Assembly (NCBI GenBank): GCA_046351515.1
Contig: JAXLYJ010000005.1
Location: 120,318 to 184,317, forward strand
Source: Polyangiales bacterium
GTDB taxonomy: Bacteria; Myxococcota_A; Polyangia; Polyangiales; Ga0077539
DNA: 64,000 bases
Reading direction: 5' to 3'
Shown here: piece after piece, positions 28,361-37,749 of the stretch
Layout of the letters: each line of letters opens with the position of its first letter
Position numbering within the stretch: position 1 is the first letter of the stretch
The notes under the pieces: model-generated
Databases searched by the model: none
The model's input: only the letters and a program-made list of their open reading frames with translations
Told to the model about the DNA's origin: nothing
Made by a program: the position numbers and the translations under genes

Positions 28361-29875
28361 GTGAGCGACAAGAGCATTGCAGAGCGCGCGAGGCGAGGCG
28401 TCGCGGTCATCACCTTCGCAAAAGCCTGGTTTTTGCTGACTGGATTCGCGCAGCCCGTCTTGCTCACGCGGGCGCTCGGCCGCGAGAACTACGGCGTATA
28501 CGGAGCGGTTTTGTCCGCGGTCTCGATCCTCAACAACGTGGTGGTAGCGGGGTCGATCCAGGCGATGTCCAAGAGCGTGACGAGCTACGGGACGGCGTCG
28601 ATCCGTCGCGGGCTCGCGCTGCACGCGCTGCTCGGGCTGGTGCTCGCGGGGGGATTCGCGGCGCTCGCCGGCCCGATCGGCGCCGATCTTCTGCGCGATC
28701 CAGGGCTGCCCCCGCTGCTGCGCATCGCCTCGATCGTGACGGGGATGTACTGCGTGTACGCCGCGCTCGTCGGCTCGCTGAACGGAACGCAGCGCTTCGT
28801 CGCCCAAGCCTCGCTCGACGTCTTGTTCGCCACGCTGCGCACGGGGCTCATCGTCGGCCTCGCGTTCGTGGGAATGGGCGTCCGCGGGGCGCTCATGGGC
28901 TTCGCTGCCGCGAGCGTCGCGATCACCCTCGTGGCGAGCGCGGTCGTCCTTCGGTCACCCAAGAGCGAGAGCGAGCGCGACGCTCCGTTGGGGCTCGCGT
29001 TTGCCAGAGAATATGCAGGTTTTTTCGCGCCCGTCCTGGTCTATCAGCTCGCGCTCAACATGGTCCTTCAGGCGGACGTGCTCGTGATGCAAGCGGTGCT
29101 CGCGCGACAAGCGGGCGCGACGCTCGAGGCGGTCAAGGGCCTGGTGGGCGTGTACAAGAGCGTGCAGAACTTCGCGTTCTTGCCGTACCAGCTGTTGATC
29201 GCAGTGACGTTCGTGCTGTTTCCCGTCGTGTCCAAGGCCGCTGCGGAGGGCGACGTCGAGACCACTCGCTCGATGCTGCGCGGGGCGCTGCGGTTCGCGT
29301 TCGTCGTGCTCGGCATGATGCTCTCGGTGATCGCCGGCGCGCCGCACGCGGTCTTGCGCATCGCCTATCGCCCCGAGTTCGCGGTCGGGGCGGGCGCGCT
29401 GCGGTGGCTCTCGCTCGGGCAGGGCTCGTTTACGTTGGCGGTGATCGGTCTCACCGTGGTGCTCGCGTCCAAGCGCGTCGCTGCGGCGACGATGCTCATG
29501 CTCGCGATGCTCGCCTTCGTCTTCGTCGGCGATGTGATCGCGCTCTCGGTCGTGGGCTTCGGCGAGCGAGCGCTCAGCGCGGCGGCGATCGGCACCGCGC
29601 TCGGCTCGACCGCGGGCATGCTCGGCGTCGCGATCTTTGTCCTGCGCATCTACGGCGCGATCGTCCCGTGGAAGACCGCGATGCGCGCATCGATCGCCGC
29701 GTCCGTCGCGGGCCTCGTGGGCGCGCTAGCGCCGGTGCACTCGAAGGTGGCCGCGCTCGGAGTGTCCGTGGTGATCGCGACGGTCTTCGCGCTCGTGTTG
29801 CTCGCCAGCGGCGAGGTCAGCGCTGAAGAGCGCGCGAAGCTGCTCGCGCGCGTGCGGCGCCCTCGCGCTCAGTGA
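28361..29875 (+). CDS. MOP-superfamily polysaccharide/oligosaccharide flippase (Wzx/MurJ-like)
   Basis: About 504 aa with 12-14 predicted hydrophobic helices. The N-terminal motif AERARRGVAVITFAKAWFLLTGF is typical of polysaccharide biosynthesis proteins. GTG 28361 is preferred over TTG 28334. Confidence 0.7.
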   Translation: MSDKSIAERARRGVAVITFAKAWFLLTGFAQPVLLTRALGRENYGVYGAVLSAVSILNNVVVAGSIQAMSKSVTSYGTASIRRGLALHALLGLVLAGGFAALAGPIGADLLRDPGLPPLLRIASIVTGMYCVYAALVGSLNGTQRFVAQASLDVLFATLRTGLIVGLAFVGMGVRGALMGFAAASVAITLVASAVVLRSPKSESERDAPLGLAFAREYAGFFAPVLVYQLALNMVLQADVLVMQAVLARQAGATLEAVKGLVGVYKSVQNFAFLPYQLLIAVTFVLFPVVSKAAAEGDVETTRSMLRGALRFAFVVLGMMLSVIAGAPHAVLRIAYRPEFAVGAGALRWLSLGQGSFTLAVIGLTVVLASKRVAAATMLMLAMLAFVFVGDVIALSVVGFGERALSAAAIGTALGSTAGMLGVAIFVLRIYGAIVPWKTAMRASIAASVAGLVGALAPVHSKVAALGVSVVIATVFALVLLASGEVSAEERAKLLARVRRPRAQ

Positions 29876-32800
29876 TGGCAGCGGCCCACGTATCCGCAGC
29901 GAACGCGCTCGCACAACGACCGCGGGCGTCCTGGCCACTCGCCGCTCTCTCTCGCCGACGCGAAGTTCGCTGCGCTCTCGGCGAGCTGCGCCCTCGCGCG
30001 CTCGGGCTCGCTCGCATCGAGCCAGAGCACCGTCGATCGCTCGGGGTCCACGAGCCACACCGCGCCGCGCACGTCCGCGCCTTCGCCGAGGCGCGTGGCG
30101 AGCGCGAGCCGCGCGGACTCGAGCTCTTCGCGCCACCACGCGGCGTCGTTGGCGCTGCCGTCGAGCGCGACGCGGACGAGCGCGATCGCTCCTTCGGCGC
30201 CGCCGATCGCCTCGGCGCGCGCGACGATGTCCACCGAGCACTCGAGCGCGACGGTCTGCGTTTCTCCCTGCAGTTCGAGTGCTGAAGCGAGCCCTGTCGC
30301 GTTGAGCGCCGCCTCTTGAGAGAGCGCGCGGCCCACGCTCATGGCCAGCGCGGCGCGCGCGATCTTCGCCGCGTGCTCGCGAACGAGCGCGTCGTCTTCG
30401 CTCTCTGCTGCGAGCGCCGAGTGAACCGAGGCGCCCTCCTCGCCAGCGACGCACGGCAGCGTCGCTCGCAGCAGCGCGCGAACGAGGTCTTCGACCCGCT
30501 GCCTCGGCGGAGCTCCAGTGGTCCTCTGCTCGGGCACGCCGAACTCGTACCGCAGCGAACACCGCCGCGGGCATCGCGCGAACTCCGTGAGCGCCTCGGC
30601 GTGCAATTGCAGCCGCGCCGCGCGCTTGCGAGCCGGCTGCGTCGGCGGCGCCTCGGTCGTCGATACGCTCGCCGTCGCGAGGGCTGGCGTCGGCGCGCTC
30701 GACGCGGCGCGAACGCCGATGCTCGGACCGTCGAGGCCTGGTTTGATCACGCGAACGCTCGCGGGCGCGAGGCGCATGAGCGCGGTCGAGAGCGTGCGCC
30801 ACTCGCCGTCGCCTTCGTGGGCCGGCCCCGAGACCACGGCGAGGTCTCTCGCCCGCGTGAGCGCGACATAGAGCAAGCGGCGCTGGTCGTCTTCTTCTGA
30901 AGCGTGCGCGTCCCGACGCAGCTCTTGAAACGCGGGCGGCGCGTCGTAGTCCGCGGGCAGCGCGACCACGCGCTTTCGAGCGTCGATGAGCACGCGTTCG
31001 GCGTGGATCTTTCTGCGGCGGGAGGTCTGTGCCACGAAGACCACGGGCCACTCGAGGCCCTTGGCCGCGTGGATCGAGAGCAGCTGCACCGCGCCCGAGC
31101 TCACGTCGGCGACGTCGACCTCGGTCTCGTGTTCGGACGCGGCGCGCATGCGATCGACGTAGCGAACGAAGCCCGCGACCGAGCCGTCTTCGCCGCCGCG
31201 CCGCGCGGCTTCTTGCGCGAGGCCGACGAGCTTGTCGACGTTGGCCGCGCGCTGCGCGCCGAACGGAAGCGCCGCGAGGACCGCGGCGTAGTTGCGCTCG
31301 GCGAGGGCGATGCGAAGGACCTCGTCGGGCGGCAGCGAGCCGCCTGCGCGCACGAGGCGCTTGAGCGACGGGCGCGCTTCATCGAGCCGCGCGCGGTCGT
31401 CTTCTTCGAGCGCCTCGCGCACGGATGCTGGGGGATCGAGCGCGTCGTCGAGCGTCGCGTGTCGACCGAGCACGTGCGCGAGGGCGGCGTCCGAGAGGGC
31501 CACCAGCGGACCGCGCAACACCGAGGCGAGCGCGAGGCGATCCGCGGGATCGGCGACGAGGCGCAAGAGCGCGACGAGGTCGTCGACCTCGCGACGCTCC
31601 CAAAATCCCGGTCCTCCGAGCTGCGCGTAAGGAATCCCCTCTCGCTGCAGCGCCTTCTTCACCGGCTCGGTGTGCGACCACGTCGGGACCAGCACCGCGA
31701 TCTCATCGAGCCGCGGCGCGCGCCAGCCCGCCGCGTGCCGCGCGAACGGATCGACGAGCTTCTTGATCCGTCGCGCGATCGCCTGCGCTTCGAGCTCGCG
31801 GATCTCGTCGGCGCTGTCTCCCGAGACGAGCACGAGCTCGACGCGCGCTTCTCCGTCGCCGCCGGCTTCAGCGACGAGCGCGTCGCGCTTGGGGTCGTAG
31901 ATGCGCTCTCCGTGCGCGGTCAGGCCCATCCCGAGCAGCGCCTCGGCGACGGGGTTGATCGCGTCGAGCACCGCGTCGACCGATCGATGACTCTCGACGA
32001 GCTCGCGCGAGACCCCGCCTGCGTGGACGATGTCGCGCTCGGTCTCGAGAAACACTCCGACGTCGGCGCTTCGAAAGGCATAGATCGACTGTTTGGCGTC
32101 GCCGACCAACAGCAGGCCCGAAGGCTCGAGCTCGCTCGCGTCTGGGACGCGCGGCTTGTGCTCAGCGTCCTTGCGCTCGCGCAGGAGATAGAGCAGGTCG
32201 CGCTGCAGTCGGTTGGTGTCCTGAAATTCGTCGACCAGGACCGCGTCGAAGCGGCGCTTCCACGCGCGGCGAAGGCGGGCGTCGTCGCGCATTCCGTCGC
32301 GCAGCCGGCGGAGAAGATCGGCGAAGTCGAGCACGTGTCGCCGGCGTTTTGCAGCGCGAAACCGCGCGCGCGCGTCGACGAGCACGCGGCGGGCGGCGCG
32401 GGCGAGCCACGCGGAGTGCACCGCGAGCGCGGCGTCGTGCAGCGACTCGACGGTGTCCCTCGCGGCGCGGGCCTCGGCTTCGATCGAGCGCGTGCGGTTC
32501 TTCGAGGGCAGCGGCGTGGCGCGCAGCAGCGCGACGCACGCGCGGGCGCGGCGAGGATCGTCGACGACGCCGAGCGACGAGAGCGCGCGAGAGAGCTTGA
32601 GCAATCGCGCGGGCCACAACTCGCTGGCGAGGGCTGCGCTCGTCTCGCACGCGCGCGCGAAGCGCTCGATCGCGTCCGCGGCGATGAAGGGCTGCGGAGG
32701 GGTCGCTTCGAGCACCGAGCCGTCGCTCACCTCGTCGTCGCTCACGCCCGCTTCGTCGAGCGAGTGGACCATCGAGACGAAGCGCACGACGACGCCGCGA

Positions 32801-33456
32801 TCACCTTCGGGGTCCAAGCCGCCCGCGGCGGCCATGAGGTCCGCGACCGCGTCGAGCTCGCCGCGCGCCGCGTTCGAGAGCGCCTCGGTGATCGCTTCGC
32901 GCAAGAGGCGGTCCGCTTCTTCGGGCTCGGTCACGCGAAAGGTCGGGTCGATCCCGAGGTCGAGCGCGGCGGCGCGCAGGACGCCGGCGGCGAAGCCGTG
33001 AAACGTTCCGATCCGAGCGTTGCCGAGGGCGAAGCCGACGCGCTGCCACGTGGCGCGGTCGGGCAGCGCGCGACCTTGCCGCGCCGCGCTCTCACCGAGC
33101 GCCATCAATCGCGCTTGCGCCGCGCGATCGAGCCCACGCGAGGCGGCCCACTGCTTCGCCGCGCGCTCACGGGCGCGAGCGTCGGCGCTGTCGATCCCCG
33201 CGGGAGGGTTCTCGTACGAGAGCACTCGAACGGCCTCCGAAATACGCTCGCGCATCTCGACCGCGGCCTTCTCGGTGAACGTCAGCGCGACGACACGGTC
33301 TCCGAGAACGCCTTGCTTCGACCACACCTCGGGGTCGCACAGCCCGCCCACCAGGTGCAGGTAGAGCGTCGCGAGGGCCTCTGTCTTCCCTGTGCCGGCG
33401 CCGGCGCGCAGGAGGGTGTTCTTCGAGAACGCAAAGAGCTCTGCGCGGTCAGTCAT
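29869..33456 (-). CDS. AddA-like UvrD/Rep-family helicase with a C-terminal PD-(D/E)XK nuclease
   Basis: 1195 aa. Walker A AGAGTGKT, the helicase motifs VDEFQDTN and TIHAAKGLEW, and YVALTRAR. The C-terminal nuclease region has Cys residues (ARCPRRC ... CERVRCGYVGRC). Confidence 0.8.
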   Translation of the reverse strand: MTDRAELFAFSKNTLLRAGAGTGKTEALATLYLHLVGGLCDPEVWSKQGVLGDRVVALTFTEKAAVEMRERISEAVRVLSYENPPAGIDSADARARERAAKQWAASRGLDRAAQARLMALGESAARQGRALPDRATWQRVGFALGNARIGTFHGFAAGVLRAAALDLGIDPTFRVTEPEEADRLLREAITEALSNAARGELDAVADLMAAAGGLDPEGDRGVVVRFVSMVHSLDEAGVSDDEVSDGSVLEATPPQPFIAADAIERFARACETSAALASELWPARLLKLSRALSSLGVVDDPRRARACVALLRATPLPSKNRTRSIEAEARAARDTVESLHDAALAVHSAWLARAARRVLVDARARFRAAKRRRHVLDFADLLRRLRDGMRDDARLRRAWKRRFDAVLVDEFQDTNRLQRDLLYLLRERKDAEHKPRVPDASELEPSGLLLVGDAKQSIYAFRSADVGVFLETERDIVHAGGVSRELVESHRSVDAVLDAINPVAEALLGMGLTAHGERIYDPKRDALVAEAGGDGEARVELVLVSGDSADEIRELEAQAIARRIKKLVDPFARHAAGWRAPRLDEIAVLVPTWSHTEPVKKALQREGIPYAQLGGPGFWERREVDDLVALLRLVADPADRLALASVLRGPLVALSDAALAHVLGRHATLDDALDPPASVREALEEDDRARLDEARPSLKRLVRAGGSLPPDEVLRIALAERNYAAVLAALPFGAQRAANVDKLVGLAQEAARRGGEDGSVAGFVRYVDRMRAASEHETEVDVADVSSGAVQLLSIHAAKGLEWPVVFVAQTSRRRKIHAERVLIDARKRVVALPADYDAPPAFQELRRDAHASEEDDQRRLLYVALTRARDLAVVSGPAHEGDGEWRTLSTALMRLAPASVRVIKPGLDGPSIGVRAASSAPTPALATASVSTTEAPPTQPARKRAARLQLHAEALTEFARCPRRCSLRYEFGVPEQRTTGAPPRQRVEDLVRALLRATLPCVAGEEGASVHSALAAESEDDALVREHAAKIARAALAMSVGRALSQEAALNATGLASALELQGETQTVALECSVDIVARAEAIGGAEGAIALVRVALDGSANDAAWWREELESARLALATRLGEGADVRGAVWLVDPERSTVLWLDASEPERARAQLAESAANFASARESGEWPGRPRSLCERVRCGYVGRCHH

Positions 33457-33504
33457 CGGCGGGCTTCACACTGTGAATCCTCCGCGCAAATCGCGCCACA
33501 AGGA

Positions 33505-33523
33505 AGTGACAGGAAATGTCACT
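33505..33523 (-). promoter_or_regulatory. perfect inverted repeat AGTGACA-N5-TGTCACT upstream of the AddA-like gene (candidate operator)
   Basis: agtgacaggaaatgtcact lies 49-67 nt upstream of ATG 33456. A related half-conserved copy sits upstream of the AddB-like gene (36827-36845). Confidence 0.3.
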
Positions 33524-33550
33524 GTGACGCGCTGCCCGCCCTCGCTCTTC

Positions 33551-33588
33551 GCGCTCATCGCGCACAAGCGCGCTCATCGCGCACGAGC
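33551..33588. repeat. tandem direct repeat, 19 nt x2
   Basis: gcgctcatcgcgcacaagc / gcgctcatcgcgcacgagc (18/19 identical), located between the AddB-like stop and the AddA-like start. Confidence 0.7.
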
Positions 33589-33601
33589 GCGCGCTTGCCG
33601 C

Positions 33602-36600
33602 TCAACCGCGCTCGTCTCGGCCGCGCTCGATTCGGCAGAGCGACTGCGCGTTGCAGAACTCGCAGTCGCGCGGGCGCGGCGCGAACACGCCCTGTCGCAC
33701 CGGCAACACCGCTTTGCGAACGGCCTCTCCGAGCGCGCCCTTTCCCTGAGAGCCTTCGCGCACGAGCGCGTCCACGTCGACGATCGGCGCCTCTCCGCCG
33801 CCGCGTCGCGGCTTGGCGAGCGAGTCGCGCAGCCCGTGCTCGGTCTGGTCGCGAAAGCCGATGTACACGCCGTCCACGTCCACGCCCGTCGCGTCCACGC
33901 GGCCGTCCCGCACCGCGCGGTACAGCGCTGATGCGTAGACCACGAGTTGAAATTGTGTGTCGAGCGCGCCCTCGCGCAGCCGCTTGCGAAACCCGTCGCC
34001 GCGCCCGCTCTTGAACTCCACCGCGCGCACGCATTCGTCGAGCCGCTCGACGCCGTCGATCCTGCCGCGCAGCACGATCGGAACGTCTCCGTCCACCTCC
34101 ACCTCGAGCGCCGGCCACTCGCGCTCGGGTCCGAACGCGATCTCTGTCGCGACCACGGCCCATCGCGTATCCGCGTCCATGCGGCCTTCGAGAAAGCCCT
34201 CGATCGCGCGGCGAATCGCGACGGTGTCCGCGCGCAAGAGATCTGGGTCCGCGTGCGGAAGCTCGCTCGCGAACTTCTCCGCTGCTTGATCGAGCGACTG
34301 CTCGACGCGCTCCCAGCGAACCGCGCGCGGTCGACCCTGCGTCCCGTGCAGCGCCTTCTGCCCCGCCTCGAGCAAGGCGTGCAGCAGGTGTCCGCGCTCT
34401 TTCGCGTCGAGCGCGAGCGAGGGCAGGTCCTCGGGCTCGAGCTTGAGCACCTGCTGCGCAAACGCCTTGAACGCGCAGCGCGCCGTGCGCTCGAGCGAGG
34501 TCACGTCGAGCGGCCAGCTCGTCGTGGCGTACCGCGCGAGCTCGAGCGCCTGCAGCGCGCGCGCGTCGTGATCGATTCGCCCTGAAAATCTCCCGGGCTC
34601 TGCGCGCAGCCCCGCGAAGAACTCCGTTCGTTCGCGCTCGATCTCGGCGCGGCCGATCGCCGATCGAACGCGGTCGATCAGCGAGCGCGTCGCGCGGTCG
34701 TTGCGCGCCGCGGCCTCGGCGACGAGCGCCCGCGAAGGCCACCCCGCCCACGCGCGGGTGAGCCGCTCGGCGCCGCGCGCCGCGAGCTGCGCCGAGCGCG
34801 CGAGCGGGTCGTGCGTGAGCCACAGCGGCGCGCGATCGAGCACGCGACGCACGTCCACCATGAACGGCGAGGGCGCGAGCGCGCGACCGCTCGCGTCGTG
34901 CCGCGCTCCGACGAGGGCGAGGCGCTCGGTCGCGACCGAGCACGCCGCGAGAAACAGCTGCGTCTCGTCTTCTTTTGCGCCGCGTCGCGCGACGAGCACG
35001 CCCGCGCTCTTTTGCACGGCGCGCTTCTCGACGTCTCCGAGCAGCGCGTCGTCCTCGCCGTGCGCAGGAAACCGCCCGTCCTCGAGCCCCGCCACCACCA
35101 CCGCTCGAAACGAGAGCCCGGCGACCAGCTCGGCGCACGCCAAGCGCACGCCGCTCGCGCCCGAGTCCGCTGCGCCTTCGAGCGCGTCGCGCGACGAGTC
35201 GATCGCGTCCTCGAGCAGCGCGCTGAACGACTCTGCCGACAACAGCCCCGCGAGCCCCGCCCTGCGCGCGCGCGGCGCGATCTGCTCGATCGCGCGCTCG
35301 ATCGCGTCGATCGCTCGCTCTTCGCGGGCCGTCGCGCGCAGCATCGCGCGCTCGATCGAGGCGTCCTCGGCGGGCAACGTCGCGATCGATCGCGCCGCCT
35401 CTGCGTGCCGCACGCCCGCGCGCAGCTCTCGCAAGAACTTCGTCCATCGCCCCGTGTGCTGCTCCACCGTCCCGTCGTGCCCGAGCGGCGCGACGAGGTC
35501 GCGAAGCGCGCTCGCGGCCTGCGCGGTCGCCGGCGAGACGTGCCGGCCGAGGACCTCGAGCTTGGGGTCGAACACGGTCTTGGCCCGCACCGCGCGCGCG
35601 GCGTGCGCGAGGATCGTCGGCGACTTTCCGAGGATCGCGTTGGGGCCCGCGAGCGCCGCGAGCGCGAAGGTCACCCGCTCGACGTCGCCCCCCTCGGCGA
35701 GCGCGCGCGCGAGCGAGACGATCGCCGTCGCCGCGCCGCGCCGCTCGAAGCCCTGCGAGCACCGCGCGTCGAGCCTCGCGCGAACGCCCGCCTCTTCGAG
35801 CGCTCGCACGATCGGCTCGACCTCTTCAGCGTCGCCCGAGCGAACGATGATCGCGATCTCGTCAGGATCGACGCCGTCGTCGACCCATCGCTCGACCTGC
35901 GCGACCGCCCACCGCGCGCTCTCGTCGGGCCCGTGCGCCTCGGCGAAGTCCACCGGGGCGCCCTCGACGCGCCCGCCCGCGGCGATCGCCTGCACGAAAT
36001 CTCGCAGTCCCGCCGCGGCCAACGCGTCATCGTCGCTGCGCATCGCCAGCTCGAGCTCGACCGCGGACTGCTCGTCGTCCTCGATCACCTTCAGCGCGCG
36101 GTCGAGCGTCGTGCTCCATCGCTCGCGCGACGGCTCGACCAGGACGCGCAGCTGCAGCGAGCCGCCTCGCTTGTGAAGCGCGCGAGAGAGCGCCGCGATC
36201 AGCCGCGCCCTGGACTGATCGAAGCTGAAGCCCGTCACCTCCACCCGCATCGCGCACGGGCCCGGCCCCATCGGCGCAGGAAGCGCGTCGCCGGCCTCCA
36301 TTCCGTCGATCGCGCGCGCGAGCACCCACTCGATCGCCGCCCGCGCGACGAGCCCCTCGGCCTCGAGCCGCTCGTCGACCCACCGCGTCGCTTCGGCCAG
36401 CGCGTTGAGCCGCTTGCGCGCGCCCTCTTCGCTCGCGTTGACCTCCGCGAGCGCTCGCTCGAGCGCGTCCCCGTCGACCGCGTTGCGACGAAGCACGTCG
36501 AGCGCGCTCGCGAGCGCCGTCGCGCGCTGATAGCCCTCTCCGCCGCGGACCTTCTGCGCCGCCAGCGCCGCCGAGACCCGCTCGATCAACGGGTGCGCCA

Positions 36601-36754
36601 AGGACAAGTGCGGAAGCAACGCGCGATGCAGCGCGCGCACCATCGCGTCGAACGAGATCGTGGACGGCGCGATCGCCGCCCCGTCGCTGTGCGCCGCGCG
36701 CAACAGCCGCGCGCGACGATGCTCGTCCGTCGCAACGACGTGGACCGAGGTCAT
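33602..36754 (-). CDS. AddB-like PD-(D/E)XK nuclease/inactive-helicase subunit with C-terminal Fe-S cysteines
   Basis: About 1050 aa. The C-terminus has RGRIDGVE..EFKSG nuclease motifs and C..CEFCNAQSLC (C-Xn-CX2CX5C). It lies directly upstream of the AddA-like gene. The start is ATG 36754 or GTG 36784. Confidence 0.78.
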   Translation of the reverse strand: MTSVHVVATDEHRRARLLRAAHSDGAAIAPSTISFDAMVRALHRALLPHLSLAHPLIERVSAALAAQKVRGGEGYQRATALASALDVLRRNAVDGDALERALAEVNASEEGARKRLNALAEATRWVDERLEAEGLVARAAIEWVLARAIDGMEAGDALPAPMGPGPCAMRVEVTGFSFDQSRARLIAALSRALHKRGGSLQLRVLVEPSRERWSTTLDRALKVIEDDEQSAVELELAMRSDDDALAAAGLRDFVQAIAAGGRVEGAPVDFAEAHGPDESARWAVAQVERWVDDGVDPDEIAIIVRSGDAEEVEPIVRALEEAGVRARLDARCSQGFERRGAATAIVSLARALAEGGDVERVTFALAALAGPNAILGKSPTILAHAARAVRAKTVFDPKLEVLGRHVSPATAQAASALRDLVAPLGHDGTVEQHTGRWTKFLRELRAGVRHAEAARSIATLPAEDASIERAMLRATAREERAIDAIERAIEQIAPRARRAGLAGLLSAESFSALLEDAIDSSRDALEGAADSGASGVRLACAELVAGLSFRAVVVAGLEDGRFPAHGEDDALLGDVEKRAVQKSAGVLVARRGAKEDETQLFLAACSVATERLALVGARHDASGRALAPSPFMVDVRRVLDRAPLWLTHDPLARSAQLAARGAERLTRAWAGWPSRALVAEAAARNDRATRSLIDRVRSAIGRAEIERERTEFFAGLRAEPGRFSGRIDHDARALQALELARYATTSWPLDVTSLERTARCAFKAFAQQVLKLEPEDLPSLALDAKERGHLLHALLEAGQKALHGTQGRPRAVRWERVEQSLDQAAEKFASELPHADPDLLRADTVAIRRAIEGFLEGRMDADTRWAVVATEIAFGPEREWPALEVEVDGDVPIVLRGRIDGVERLDECVRAVEFKSGRGDGFRKRLREGALDTQFQLVVYASALYRAVRDGRVDATGVDVDGVYIGFRDQTEHGLRDSLAKPRRGGGEAPIVDVDALVREGSQGKGALGEAVRKAVLPVRQGVFAPRPRDCEFCNAQSLCRIERGRDERG

Positions 36755-36862
36755 CGAGCGCGGGGCGAGGGGGCGCGGCGGCACGACTGCATCCTGCGCA
36801 GCAACACCCGACCAGGCAAGCTAGCGACGGACATTGACTGTCACTCAGCCAGGCGCAGCCGC

Positions 36863-37696
36863 TCAGCCAAGAAACAGGTCCTGCAGCGGCTCGACGCTCG
36901 GGTCGTGCGAATACCCGCTGAAATCACGGACGCCCTCCTGCGCGAGCACCTCCTCGTCGATGAAGAAGTTGCCCGTGCACTCGCGCGAGGGCCGCGTGAG
37001 CACCGCGTGCGCCGCGTCCGCCATGATCGCCGGCGTGCGAGAGCGCTTGATCATCTCGTCGCCGCCCAAGAGGTTCTGCACCGCCGCCGTCGCGATGAGC
37101 GTGCGCGGCCAGAGCGCGTTGGCCGCGATCCCCTCCGAGCGAAACTCCTCGGCCCAGCCGAGCACGAGCAAGCTCATGTTCATCTTCGAAATCGTGTACG
37201 CCACGTGAGGGCCGTACCACTTCGGCTCGAGCGTGAGCGGAGGAGACAGCTCGAGCACGTGGGGATTGTCGCTCTTTCGCAGGTGCTCGACGCACGCCTG
37301 CATGCACACAAACGAGCCGCGCACGTTGATCCCGTGCATCAGGTCGTAGCGCTTCATCGACGTCCCCGTGGTGTTGGTGAGCGAGATCGCCGAGGCGTTG
37401 TTCACCAGAACGTCGATCGCGCCGAACACCCGCGCGGCCTCGTCCACCGCCGCCTTCACCTGCGCCTCGTCGCGCACGTCCACCACGAGCGGCAGCGCCC
37501 GTCCGCCAGCGTCCTCGATGTCCTTGGCCGCGGTGTAGATCGTTCCCGGTAGCTTCGCGTTGGGCTCGGCGGTCTTCGCCGCGATCACGATGTTCGCGCC
37601 GTCCTTCGCCGCGCGCATCGCGATCGCGTGGCCGATTCCTCGGCTCGCGCCGGTGATAAACAGCGTTCGTCCCTTGAGCGTCCTCGATGTCGTCAT
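36863..37696 (-). CDS. short-chain dehydrogenase/reductase (HSDL2-like)
   Basis: 277 aa from ATG 37696. TGASRGIG cofactor motif, NNAS, and YTISK (YxxxK). Confidence 0.85.
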   Translation of the reverse strand: MTTSRTLKGRTLFITGASRGIGHAIAMRAAKDGANIVIAAKTAEPNAKLPGTIYTAAKDIEDAGGRALPLVVDVRDEAQVKAAVDEAARVFGAIDVLVNNASAISLTNTTGTSMKRYDLMHGINVRGSFVCMQACVEHLRKSDNPHVLELSPPLTLEPKWYGPHVAYTISKMNMSLLVLGWAEEFRSEGIAANALWPRTLIATAAVQNLLGGDEMIKRSRTPAIMADAAHAVLTRPSRECTGNFFIDEEVLAQEGVRDFSGYSHDPSVEPLQDLFLG

Positions 37697-37749
37697 CGCG
37701 GCGAATCGTACCCTCGCCGCGCGCTCGCCGCTGCGGCCAACGCCCGCGC

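Noticed and set aside
29869-36754. UvrD-like helicase plus nuclease pair considered as a phage-defence module
   Set aside because: The size, gene order (B then A), inactive-helicase/nuclease layout and Fe-S cysteines fit housekeeping AddAB-type end resection. There are no accompanying defence-type genes.
30904-37552. Long plus-strand ORFs 30904..34014 and 34811..37552, and minus-strand alternative-frame ORF 33555..35762
   Set aside because: They are antisense to, or out of frame with, the AddA-like, AddB-like and SDR genes, all of which carry helicase, nuclease or SDR motifs. The translations are Arg/Ala repeats.
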